DNA of 64,000 nucleotides, taken from Desulfatiglandales bacterium. GTDB taxonomy: Bacteria > Desulfobacterota > DSM-4660 > Desulfatiglandales > HGW-15. How positions within the stretch are numbered: position 1 is the stretch's first letter; the number at the start of each line of letters is the position of its first letter. The DNA lies in the NCBI GenBank assembly GCA_963667015.2, contig CAXXJJ010000004.1:1-64000 (forward strand), given 5' to 3'. Position numbers and translations under genes: made by a program. The notes under the pieces were generated by a model that ran no database searches, had not been told where the DNA came from, and saw only the letters and a list, made by a program, of their open reading frames with translations. Shown piece after piece: positions 9,467-18,165 of this stretch.

Positions 9467-10930
9467 TTGAAGATACGACTCGATAATTTTCCGCCTGTTC
9501 GCCGCATCTTTGCCACAATTGAGGATCGTCTCATTCGTAGTCAGCTCGAGTCGGTTATTCATGCTGTCGAGAACGAATCGACAGGTATCATTTTTATCAA
9601 ACCCTCCATTGAAATCTACAGTTGTTCAAAACCGGCAAAGCAGGCACTGCAATTATTTCTCGATGGAAAACCTCGAACGCAGGCATGCACCACCTGCGGC
9701 GTAGCGCCGGCCGATTTTGATGCGTTACTAGATTTTCTGCTTACCAGAGTCGAGTCACCTGCGAAACCTGAGGAAGAGACGACAACGGAACGGGTGCTTG
9801 AACGCCTTGTAATGAACATAACCCAGACCTGCAATCTCAAGTGCCGATACTGCTACGCTGGAGGCGGCAATTATAATCTTCCAAATTCTTTAATGAGCAG
9901 AGAAACAGCCATCAAAACGATTGATCGTTTTTATGAAATTTACCACGAAATAAAGCAGTTGCAGTTTTTTGGCGGGGAGCCGTTGCTCAATCCGGAACTC
10001 ATTGATTTTGTTTGTGGTGAAATTAAAAGCAGACATAAAAAGGGAGCTATCTCCAGCATTCCGAGCTTTGGTGTTGTCACGAATGGAACGATCGCGTCGG
10101 ACGAATGCTTTCACATTCTGGAAAAACACGGTATCAATTGCACGGTAAGTCTTGACGGTCCTCGATCGATCAATGATTATCTCCGCGGAAAGGGCACCTA
10201 TGATCGGGTTGTCCGCTTTCTCGATGCTCTTGAAAAACGAGGATTGCAGTACGGGTTTGAGGCCACATTTACGGCCTATCACCTTGAAAAGGGAGTGGAT
10301 CTGCAGGCATTGCTCAATTTTTTTGTTACAACCTTCGATAAGCATGAAATGCACATTCCTGAGGTAGGTGTTCCTGCTAATAATCCACTGGCCCTGACTC
10401 CAAGACAGGCAGAGGAAATCTATCGTGACGGAGTTGAATACTCAATCCGCAACCTTCGTGATGGTACATCGCCATGGTTAAGTTTCGCTACACGAATAAT
10501 GAATGTTTTTCTAGAGCATCGTCCCATCAAGTTCATTTGTCCAGCCGGGCTTGGCACCATTTCCATTGACACTGAAGGTAATGCGTACCCATGCTTTATG
10601 TTCACCGGAGTTGACCATTTCCGGTTCGGGAATGTGTATGATGATGTTTTCCCCGACGCCAAAAGGTCGGGCCGGATATTCAAAGAAATTATTGAAAATG
10701 ACAAGTCGCAAAATCCTGCCTGCAAAAGATGCTGGGCATCCCCCTTCTGTTTCGGCTGCATCGGAGGGGAATACCTGAATAGTGGAGGGAGCCTTGAAAA
10801 AAAGGATTGCAATCTGATGAAGGCAATGGTTGAAGGTTTTCTGTGTGCGGGAATAGAATTCCTTGACGAGATCCAGAAACCTGATAACAAATCACACAAC
10901 CTAGAAGAAAGAGTGCTCCCGGGATTTTGA
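9467..10930 (+). CDS. Radical SAM/SPASM peptide or protein maturase
   Basis: CNLKCRYC (CxxxCxxC), FFGGEPLL, VSLDG. SPASM cysteines CPAG...YPC...CKRCWASPFCFGC...C. About 110-aa N-terminal extension. TTG start with GGGAGG RBS. Confidence 0.92.
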   Translation: MKIRLDNFPPVRRIFATIEDRLIRSQLESVIHAVENESTGIIFIKPSIEIYSCSKPAKQALQLFLDGKPRTQACTTCGVAPADFDALLDFLLTRVESPAKPEEETTTERVLERLVMNITQTCNLKCRYCYAGGGNYNLPNSLMSRETAIKTIDRFYEIYHEIKQLQFFGGEPLLNPELIDFVCGEIKSRHKKGAISSIPSFGVVTNGTIASDECFHILEKHGINCTVSLDGPRSINDYLRGKGTYDRVVRFLDALEKRGLQYGFEATFTAYHLEKGVDLQALLNFFVTTFDKHEMHIPEVGVPANNPLALTPRQAEEIYRDGVEYSIRNLRDGTSPWLSFATRIMNVFLEHRPIKFICPAGLGTISIDTEGNAYPCFMFTGVDHFRFGNVYDDVFPDAKRSGRIFKEIIENDKSQNPACKRCWASPFCFGCIGGEYLNSGGSLEKKDCNLMKAMVEGFLCAGIEFLDEIQKPDNKSHNLEERVLPGF

Positions 10931-10961
10931 AGTGCGGGAGAGTAATCTGAAAGGAGGACCA

Positions 10962-11549
10962 ATGGCAAATAATCCACGAAGACAGTTTATGAAAGACACG
11001 CTCCATGGCCTTGGAGTTGTCCTGCTGGCCTGTGTGCCCGGTACGTTTTTTAACGCACGGAAGGCATGGTCGCAGATTCAGCGAGTGACAACTGACCATG
11101 GGACGGTGCCGACAGTTACCACAATCAAGAGTGCCATGACACAAACCACACCGCAGAATGTGCTCCAGGTGCTCAAGACATCCAGACTTGTACCGGAGGA
11201 TAAACTTGCAGTACTGGCAGTCCGGCAGCTTGGAACAGATGAAGTTAAGCAATCACTCAAACAGTTAGAAGGGTTTTTGGGGACTTCAACCACGCAAGAT
11301 AACGTTGGTAATCCCTGCGGAAACGACTGCGGAAGGGATTGCGGGAATAGTTGTGGAACGACTTGTGGCAACAACTGCACCTCAGCCCCATCATCAGTAT
11401 CAGGGGCTTTCTGCGGTGGAGGCTGCAGCGTGAGACCAGGCGTCACCGGTATCATCGATAAATTCGGGGAATTAGGAATTAATTTTACAAAGATTAATAC
11501 GCAGCGTTTTCAGAACTCGATTAATGAAGTACTAAGGCTGGTTAGGTAA
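10962..11549 (+). CDS. Tat-signal Cys-x3-repeat protein, putative rSAM substrate 1
   Basis: AGGAGG RBS then MANNPRRQFMK..AWS|Q. Core CGNDCGRDCGNSCGTTCGNNC...FCGGGC. Confidence 0.85.
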   Translation: MANNPRRQFMKDTLHGLGVVLLACVPGTFFNARKAWSQIQRVTTDHGTVPTVTTIKSAMTQTTPQNVLQVLKTSRLVPEDKLAVLAVRQLGTDEVKQSLKQLEGFLGTSTTQDNVGNPCGNDCGRDCGNSCGTTCGNNCTSAPSSVSGAFCGGGCSVRPGVTGIIDKFGELGINFTKINTQRFQNSINEVLRLVR

Positions 11550-11587
11550 AGGCAGGGGTTAAAATAAATCACGGAAGGAGGTTACGA

Positions 11588-12169
11588 ATGGAAAACAATC
11601 CACGAAGGCAGTTTTTAACAGACACGCTCCACTACCTTGGAGTTGTCCTACTCGCCTGTGTGCCTGGTACATTTTTCAATGCCAGAAAGGCATGGTCACA
11701 GATTCAGCGAATAACAACAGCTCCGCAGGATGTATCGACCATTACCACAATCAAGACGGCCATAGCAAAGACCACACCGCAGAATGTGATCCAGGTGCTT
11801 AACGCATCCAGACTTGATCAGGAGGATAAACTTGCAGTACTGGCGGTCCAGCAGCTTAGTGCCGGTGAAGTCCGTCAAGCCCTTGATAAATACAATGAAA
11901 TGTCGAAAATAGTAAACTCTGGTACCGGTACAAAATGTGGCAACAATTGTGGAGATAGTTGTGGTGACAGTTGTGGTGATATGTGTGGGTTTACATGTGG
12001 TAGGACGGATTTGGCAAGTGGTGTTTTTTGCGGAGATAGTTGCAGTGTAGGGCCTGGTGTTATTGGGGTCATCGATAAATTCGGAAAACTGGGCATTAAT
12101 CTTACAAAGATTAATATTCAGCGTTTCCAATACTCAATCAATGAAGCGCTCAGGCTTGTTAAGTATTAA
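11588..12169 (+). CDS. Tat-signal Cys-x3-repeat protein, putative rSAM substrate 2
   Basis: MENNPRRQFLT. Core CGNNCGDSCGDSCGDMCGFTC...FCGDSC. Paralogue of substrates 1 and 3. Confidence 0.85.
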   Translation: MENNPRRQFLTDTLHYLGVVLLACVPGTFFNARKAWSQIQRITTAPQDVSTITTIKTAIAKTTPQNVIQVLNASRLDQEDKLAVLAVQQLSAGEVRQALDKYNEMSKIVNSGTGTKCGNNCGDSCGDSCGDMCGFTCGRTDLASGVFCGDSCSVGPGVIGVIDKFGKLGINLTKINIQRFQYSINEALRLVKY

Positions 12170-12205
12170 CATGGGACGAGAATGCAGCACAAAAGGAGGT
12201 TACGA

Positions 12206-12799
12206 ATGGCAAATAATCCACGAAGACAGTTTTTGACAGACACGCTCCATGGCTTGGGGGTTGTTCTTTTGGCCTGCGTTCCGGGGACTTTCTTCAATGC
12301 ACGTAAGGCATGGTCGCAGGTTCAGCGCGTAACAGAGGCTCCTCGGGCAGTATCGACCATTAACACAATCGAGACAGCCATGGCAAAGACCACACCACAG
12401 AATGTGATCCAGGTTCTCAAGACATCCAGACTTGATCAGGAGGATAAACTTGCAGTACTGGCGGTCCAGCAGCTTAGTTCGGGTGAGGTAAAACAGTCCA
12501 TGGACAGGTTTAACAAATTGTTCAACCCTACAGAATCAAGTGCTGGAACAGACTGTGGCATTGGTTGTGGATCAGACTGTGGAGAAACTTGTGGTTCAGA
12601 TTGTGGGAATGGTTGCGGATTTACTTGCGATGGTTCGCAAATATCATCACACGGTGTATTCTGCGGTTGTGGATGCCATGTACAGCCTGGAGCCATTGGT
12701 GTTGTTGACGTTGACGGGAGACTCGGAATCAACTTCCGTCAGCTCAATTTTGACGCCTTTCGGCAGGCGATGAGCAGGGCTATGCGTCTCGTACGATAA
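12206..12799 (+). CDS. Tat-signal Cys-x3-repeat protein, putative rSAM substrate 3
   Basis: AAGGAGGTTACGAATG start context identical to substrate 2. Core CGIGCGSDCGETCGSDCGNGCGFTC...FCGCGC. Confidence 0.85.
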   Translation: MANNPRRQFLTDTLHGLGVVLLACVPGTFFNARKAWSQVQRVTEAPRAVSTINTIETAMAKTTPQNVIQVLKTSRLDQEDKLAVLAVQQLSSGEVKQSMDRFNKLFNPTESSAGTDCGIGCGSDCGETCGSDCGNGCGFTCDGSQISSHGVFCGCGCHVQPGAIGVVDVDGRLGINFRQLNFDAFRQAMSRAMRLVR

Positions 12800-12881
12800 A
12801 AGATTCTTTCATTAAACCCGTAAGTTATTTTCACTTATAAAGTTTTAACCGCTCTTCTACCAGGGAAACAGGAGATTAATA

Positions 12882-15800
12882 ATGCTGAGACGAAATAAGA
12901 GACTGGTTTGCATGTTCGCGGGTTTATTGATGGTGTTTACAGCTGTATTTTTCTTTTCTTTTGTATCTGCTGATGACAGTCCATCTCTGATGAATAGCGA
13001 AATACCTTTGATGAATGGCGCTAAAATCATCAATGAAAAACAGTCCACTGGGTTTGGTCAGTTTGAATTGGAAACCACTGCACCCCCGGAAGACGTTACC
13101 CGTTTTTACAATACTGCGATGCAGCAAAAAGGATGGCCGGCTGGAAAAATCATGTCCGGCCAGGGCGCCAGCGTGCTTACCATCCAAAACCAGGGTGACC
13201 AGTTTAACCTGGGAGCTACATCCAAAAACGGGAAAACAAAGGTCTCTATTGTTTTGGTGCAAAAGACAAAACCACCGAATACCAGGACCCAAAATACCAC
13301 CGTGCAAAAGACGGCAGGTAACACATCAGCTAAATCCCCGCTTAAAGCGCTCAAACATCAGTCGGAAAACTTCCCCATCAATCTACCGGTGGCTGATAAC
13401 CGACTGGAGATGACGGCCCCAACTATATATACAGATAATACAATGGACCTGGATCAGCCGCTGGTCATCAGCTTTTCACAGCCAGTGGACCCTGCATTTT
13501 TTGATTTTAAGATATCGCAGGATAATGATAGCAACTGGAAGACACAATGGTCACCGGAGTATGATCAGGTAACATTGGTTCCAAAGGTGTCCCCTGAACC
13601 CGGCCAGGCTGTTAATTTGACAGCGAGTGTCCTGGGAGGGCCGAAAATACAAAAAACCTTTACTTACAACCGATTGACGCCGCAACGACAACTGGACTAT
13701 GATCTGCAGAATAACCGTATCGACATCAACCAGGCCTCACGCTATCGCATTTATTCGATTTTCGATCCTGCAAAAGTTCCTGAAGCCTACCGGCCGACTC
13801 AGATTATCCCAAGCGGTACCCCATTATTAAATATCATCAGAAAAGATTTTGATCGATTAGATGGGAGAACCCGTGAGGAATTGCTCCCTTATTTCTTATC
13901 TCCCTCAGATCCTGATAGTTACTATCATTCAAAATTGCTGAAAAGACCTTCGCAACATAGCACCAGGCGGATGTTCACACTTGTGTCGGAAGCCTGGGCG
14001 GATGAGGTGTTCCTGGATATATTTTGGTCATATACAACGGAAAATGGCAAACGCATCGACATCTATAGTTCGCAGGATCAAGAATTGTCATCAACCCCCG
14101 CATTTATGGCCTATAAACTTATGGATTCAAAAAAGATGTATGAGCGCTTTAGAAAATTCCTGGGTGTTGATGTGCCAACTCCTGAAAATATAATTGAAGT
14201 GGCTATGATCGGTGATAACGTGAAAACCTATGGTTATTTTTATTGCGACGAAAAAACAGGCAAGCCGGTCATCGTCATCTCAGGACCAGCCTTTGGGAGT
14301 AAAAAATTGATAGGTGCAACCCTTGCCCATGAGTTTTTTCATGCTTTCCAGAGTGCATTCACGCCCCTGAAAAAAACAGATACCTGGATTAAAGAAAGTA
14401 CTGCTGTCTGGGCCGAGGACTATATCGAGAAAACCTGGAACACGGAACAGGGCTATATTATTAGTGCTTTTGAACCCAATCGGAAATTGATGCAGCCGCT
14501 CAATACCAACACGGGATTAGTCCCCTATGGTATGTACCTCTTTCCTTACTACTTAAGCAAGGTGTCTCCAAAAGATCCGACCGTGATCCGGAGAATTTGG
14601 GAAAACTGTGCCTCCGGAAGTTGCACTGGTGAAGGTGCCATCACCGCAGTGGATAATGCACTTGGCGGAAAATTTGATGAAACATGGAAAAAATTCAGCC
14701 TGGCCACCCTGGATGTGGCACCTGAAGATAAACGCTTTCCGGATACCGTTATTAAGGAATTCGGCGGAATGGCTCCTCTGAAAATCAAATCATCACACGG
14801 CTTTAATAAAATTGCCCTTAGCAAAGAAGGATCAGGCGGAAGTGTTGCGATTATTCAGGGTATCAATGCATGTTACTTTCATGTAACAAATGATAACACC
14901 GGGCCCACCGCTCCGGCGGTCCGGTTTGATCTTGGCTCTTTTAAAAATGATTCGGATAAGATTTATGTCCAGAGCGTGATTACTTTCCTGGATGGCCATA
15001 AAGAATATGAGGATTGGACCGGCAAAGATGAGCGGGTATTCTGCCTGAATATCGATTCTCAATGTTTTAAGGAAATCCATACGGTTATCAGTTGTTCGGA
15101 CAGCAAAAAAAAGAAATACAAATCTTTTCGAATAACGCCGGTTCCCATGTCCCGCTGTTACAGCGGCAGAATGGTTATCTCAAGACGATTTGAAGAGCGT
15201 GAAACTCATGAGTCGAGCCGGAGAGTTGATATCCATACCACTGAAACCGGCTTTAGCAGCAGTTCCGGGAATCGGTGGGCTACTCTTTTATTGGACCTGG
15301 ACCTTGAAGAAAAAATTCAGGATAAGCAACGTACCGCGCTGGACATAATGGAGAGACGTACCAAAGATATTGATCCATATGAAGTCAAAGAGACACGAAA
15401 GACCCTGGAAAATATGATGAAAACCACACGGGCCACCCTGGATTCCGAAACAGGATTAATGGAAATCAGTTATCGGGTCATAGCCTGTCGTATTGATTCC
15501 GGGGGTGGAATTTATCGATCGCACAGTCAAGGTGAACGAACTGATACCAATGGAATTTATACACAAGGGGAAACCAACTCCACCAGGCAGTGGTCTCCCA
15601 TGGGATTGGATGAAAAAACCATAAAGCGTATCGATCGGGGCCATATCCGGGCGGAAATCTATTTTGAGCCGGATACCGGAAAAATTATCTGGGTGAAAGT
15701 CCCCCAGCTGGATCTTCATATGCAGGTGACCGAGGAATCCCACGGTCAAAGCATTAGACGGACCAAGGATGGGTATGAGACCACCCCCTTTTCCCGCAAT

Positions 15801-16040
15801 GATACAAAGGAAGAAGAATTTCAATTGATATTCAGCAGTGATTCCAAGGATAAAAAAGATCTGCCAATGGATCCTGTGTGGAAGGCAAAGGAAAGCGATG
15901 CACTGTGGGCCGCCGGAGAAGGTCGTAACGAAAGACCTGTTAAAAAGACAAAATCGGAAAACGGTAATACTTCAAGCACTAATGGAATGGACGTTGAGAC
16001 ATTTGAGTGGTCCATCAATTTTACCAGAGAGGAATCTTGA
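12882..16040 (+). CDS. Exported multidomain zinc metallopeptidase (gluzincin-like) with an Ig-like domain
   Basis: Signal/TM segment, Ig-like segment (QPLVISFSQPVDP), AHEFFHAFQ plus downstream WIKESTAVWAED. Confidence 0.75.
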   Translation: MLRRNKRLVCMFAGLLMVFTAVFFFSFVSADDSPSLMNSEIPLMNGAKIINEKQSTGFGQFELETTAPPEDVTRFYNTAMQQKGWPAGKIMSGQGASVLTIQNQGDQFNLGATSKNGKTKVSIVLVQKTKPPNTRTQNTTVQKTAGNTSAKSPLKALKHQSENFPINLPVADNRLEMTAPTIYTDNTMDLDQPLVISFSQPVDPAFFDFKISQDNDSNWKTQWSPEYDQVTLVPKVSPEPGQAVNLTASVLGGPKIQKTFTYNRLTPQRQLDYDLQNNRIDINQASRYRIYSIFDPAKVPEAYRPTQIIPSGTPLLNIIRKDFDRLDGRTREELLPYFLSPSDPDSYYHSKLLKRPSQHSTRRMFTLVSEAWADEVFLDIFWSYTTENGKRIDIYSSQDQELSSTPAFMAYKLMDSKKMYERFRKFLGVDVPTPENIIEVAMIGDNVKTYGYFYCDEKTGKPVIVISGPAFGSKKLIGATLAHEFFHAFQSAFTPLKKTDTWIKESTAVWAEDYIEKTWNTEQGYIISAFEPNRKLMQPLNTNTGLVPYGMYLFPYYLSKVSPKDPTVIRRIWENCASGSCTGEGAITAVDNALGGKFDETWKKFSLATLDVAPEDKRFPDTVIKEFGGMAPLKIKSSHGFNKIALSKEGSGGSVAIIQGINACYFHVTNDNTGPTAPAVRFDLGSFKNDSDKIYVQSVITFLDGHKEYEDWTGKDERVFCLNIDSQCFKEIHTVISCSDSKKKKYKSFRITPVPMSRCYSGRMVISRRFEERETHESSRRVDIHTTETGFSSSSGNRWATLLLDLDLEEKIQDKQRTALDIMERRTKDIDPYEVKETRKTLENMMKTTRATLDSETGLMEISYRVIACRIDSGGGIYRSHSQGERTDTNGIYTQGETNSTRQWSPMGLDEKTIKRIDRGHIRAEIYFEPDTGKIIWVKVPQLDLHMQVTEESHGQSIRRTKDGYETTPFSRNDTKEEEFQLIFSSDSKDKKDLPMDPVWKAKESDALWAAGEGRNERPVKKTKSENGNTSSTNGMDVETFEWSINFTREES

Positions 16041-16185
16041 AAGTCAGTTAAACAGTTATCGGTGCTATTTTTTGTGCATACCAGAATAATAAGGGTAGGA
16101 ATGAAAAATAAAGAGAAAGGAGGTGCATAGATTTAAATGATAGGATCATAATCCACTTACTGAAATTTCATAAGGAGATAATGTC

Positions 16186-16669
16186 ATGAAAGAATCAAAC
16201 AAAGGAATAAATCGCAGGGATTTTTTTAAAAAGCACCGCTATTGGTGTGGGTTGTCTTTCATTAGGCGGAGTAAGAGAAGCTTTAGCACAGGTAAGGATA
16301 ACAGGTAAGCCTTTATTGACAGATAAAAGTCTTAATGAGATATTTCTAAATGCTATCAGGAATAGAAACAAAGCGGTTTATACGAATTTACTTAACGAAG
16401 CCAAAACAAATCTGTATAAATTTCTATCAAAATATTTCACATTAACTCCGATACAGGCTACATTAATTAAGAACATCTCAAAGCAAAATATAGAAGAAAT
16501 AAATAAAGGTATTGAAATGGCGGTAAGAAACAGGGAACCTATTTCCGCTGAGTTTATCGGGGCACCTACTAAGGGTACAGTCAAATTAACTGCAAACGTC
16601 TCGCATAAAGAATCATCAGATGGAGGGAGCAGTACTACAGGCAGTGTCGGTGTGGAAATTACATATTGA
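16186..16669 (+). pseudogene. Tat-signal exported protein interrupted by one extra base in a T7 run
   Basis: AAGGAG RBS, ATG 16186 MKESNKGINRRDF. Removing one T from 16221-16227 gives RRDFLKSTAIGVGCLSLGGVREALA|Q, joined to ORF 16247..16669. Confidence 0.75.
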
Positions 16670-16731
16670 TAAATTGCCTAATTTATAAGATTGACTAATG
16701 CCATTTTAAAAAGACTGAATTATAATAGGCG

Positions 16732-16760
16732 AAAGGGGTCAATTTCTACAGTGCCCCTTT
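16732..16760. terminator. Hairpin between convergent genes
   Basis: AAAGGGG...CCCCTTT. Confidence 0.4.
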
Positions 16761-16781
16761 AGAATTGAACCCGCTTATTAA

Positions 16782-17420
16782 TTACCATGTGGCAATACAA
16801 GTATTATTACCCCTGTGCTCATGTGCTTCACCGAAAACGTTCGCGGGATCGATATCTACGACCAGTTTAACATCATTCAATTTTTCCGGGGCAGCATTGA
16901 CATTAAGCAAAAACAGAATTTCCATTTTAGATGTCAGTACCCAATAATTGTTTCTGATTTCCAGATTTTCCTGCAGATAGTTTTCCTGTTTTATCAGTGT
17001 GTTCGTTAGGGTGTTGATTACCTGAATTCTGAAAGGCACGTTTTTAGTTACTGTGTTCAACTTACCTCTGTTCATCAAAGCAACTCGAAATCTTAGCCCC
17101 TTGAATCGTCTTGAAATAAAAGTTGATTTCTTGGAATACAAAAGCTCCATATCCCTTAACTCACCGGCAATATCAAAATCAGGGGTGTCTTCCAGTTTTG
17201 TGGCAAGAGGTTTTTCTATCTTCTGATATTCCATGGAGGTTGACGGCAGCGTTACAGCCCGGGTGTTTGAGGGCAGGGGTGCAGTTTGGGGGTCTGAATG
17301 TGGGGGTAAGGTCTGTGTAGATGTCTTCCCTGATATTCTACCACCGTGAGCTGGAGAAATGATCATCGATAGTCCCACTGCAAAAATCGTAAAAACGAAA
17401 TATTGTTTTAATTTTTTCAT
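16782..17420 (-). CDS. Exported protein with a CARDB-like C-terminal domain
   Basis: Signal peptide AHG; C-terminal VVDIDPANVFGEAHEHRGNN motif. Confidence 0.6.
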   Translation of the reverse strand: MKKLKQYFVFTIFAVGLSMIISPAHGGRISGKTSTQTLPPHSDPQTAPLPSNTRAVTLPSTSMEYQKIEKPLATKLEDTPDFDIAGELRDMELLYSKKSTFISRRFKGLRFRVALMNRGKLNTVTKNVPFRIQVINTLTNTLIKQENYLQENLEIRNNYWVLTSKMEILFLLNVNAAPEKLNDVKLVVDIDPANVFGEAHEHRGNNTCIATW

Positions 17421-17598
17421 TTTGAATTCTCCTTTTCAATATGTTGATAATTAAAGTTCCTGAAATTGATTAGCCCCTTAAATGTGAAAAGTAAAGGTGT
17501 CGCGTCTCGACAATTGAGAAGTGACGCGGAACGTCCGAAGACGGGGACCGTGGGGATGAGAGATATTGGTAACACATTTTTATCATGATTAAATAAAT

Positions 17599-18150
17599 TT
17601 ATCGTTTAGTAATATTATTAATAACATCTCTGATATTGGTTCTTTTGTGCATGTTAGATGGGGTACTTCTCTGTGGTTTAAGTAGACCGCTAAGTATAGC
17701 AAGTCCAACAAACAGAAATACTGACGGAAAAGCAGCCATCAGAATATCTTCACTGCTTACACCCGGTTTAAGCGCTGCCGAATCAGGTATTTCGGGGTCG
17801 TAAAAAACATCAACAGTTTTACCTGCCGGGAATTCATCTACCAGTTCTCTGGCTTTGGTGATGTTACCTCCCGAATAGGTGCCGCTGGAATAGATTTTTG
17901 CAGATGTGTACTTTTTCCCGCCCACGCTGTAGCTGTAGTTGATATGTGCGGAATATTGCGATTTTCCTTCTTTTAACCAGCTTTCCACTTCTGAGCTGGT
18001 AATTGTTCCACTCGTTACGGGCCAACTTTTTGAATCTAAGCCGTATTTAATCGGAGGCCATGCCCAGAGATATAATATTACAGCACCTATCAGTGCGAAT
18101 ATTAATCCAAACATTTTGGGATTTGAGTTTTTTCGCCTGTTCATTTGCAT
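17599..18150 (-). CDS. DUF3592 family membrane protein
   Basis: SWPVTSGTITSS, YSYSVGGKKY, FPAGKTVDVFYDPEIPDSAAL; paralogue of 7960..8586. Confidence 0.8.
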   Translation of the reverse strand: MQMNRRKNSNPKMFGLIFALIGAVILYLWAWPPIKYGLDSKSWPVTSGTITSSEVESWLKEGKSQYSAHINYSYSVGGKKYTSAKIYSSGTYSGGNITKARELVDEFPAGKTVDVFYDPEIPDSAALKPGVSSEDILMAAFPSVFLFVGLAILSGLLKPQRSTPSNMHKRTNIRDVINNITKR

Positions 18151-18165
18151 GATTCCTTGAATTGA

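Noticed and set aside
9467..10930. Anaerobic sulfatase maturase or PqqE call
   Set aside because: There is no sulfatase or pqq gene nearby, and the adjacent Cys-rich paralogues are the more parsimonious substrates.
11300..12680. TGYGGN-periodic repeats as a CRISPR array or tandem DNA repeat
   Set aside because: They are 12-nt codon repeats encoding Cys-Gly-x-x with synonymous variation; there is no repeat-spacer structure and no cas gene.
11078..12732. Antisense ORFs with PQ repeats (11078..11455, 11875..12096, 12436..12732)
   Set aside because: These are shadows of the Cys-Gly codons on the opposite strand.
10962..12799. Precursors as ferredoxins or multiheme cytochromes
   Set aside because: There is no CxxCxxCxxxCP or CxxCH motif and the spacing is strictly Cx3C. 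Metal binding of another kind is not excluded.
17497..17562. c-di-GMP riboswitch upstream of 16782..17420
   Set aside because: It lacks the GCAAA..GAAA..GACGCAAAG core and looks like a REP-like palindrome remnant.
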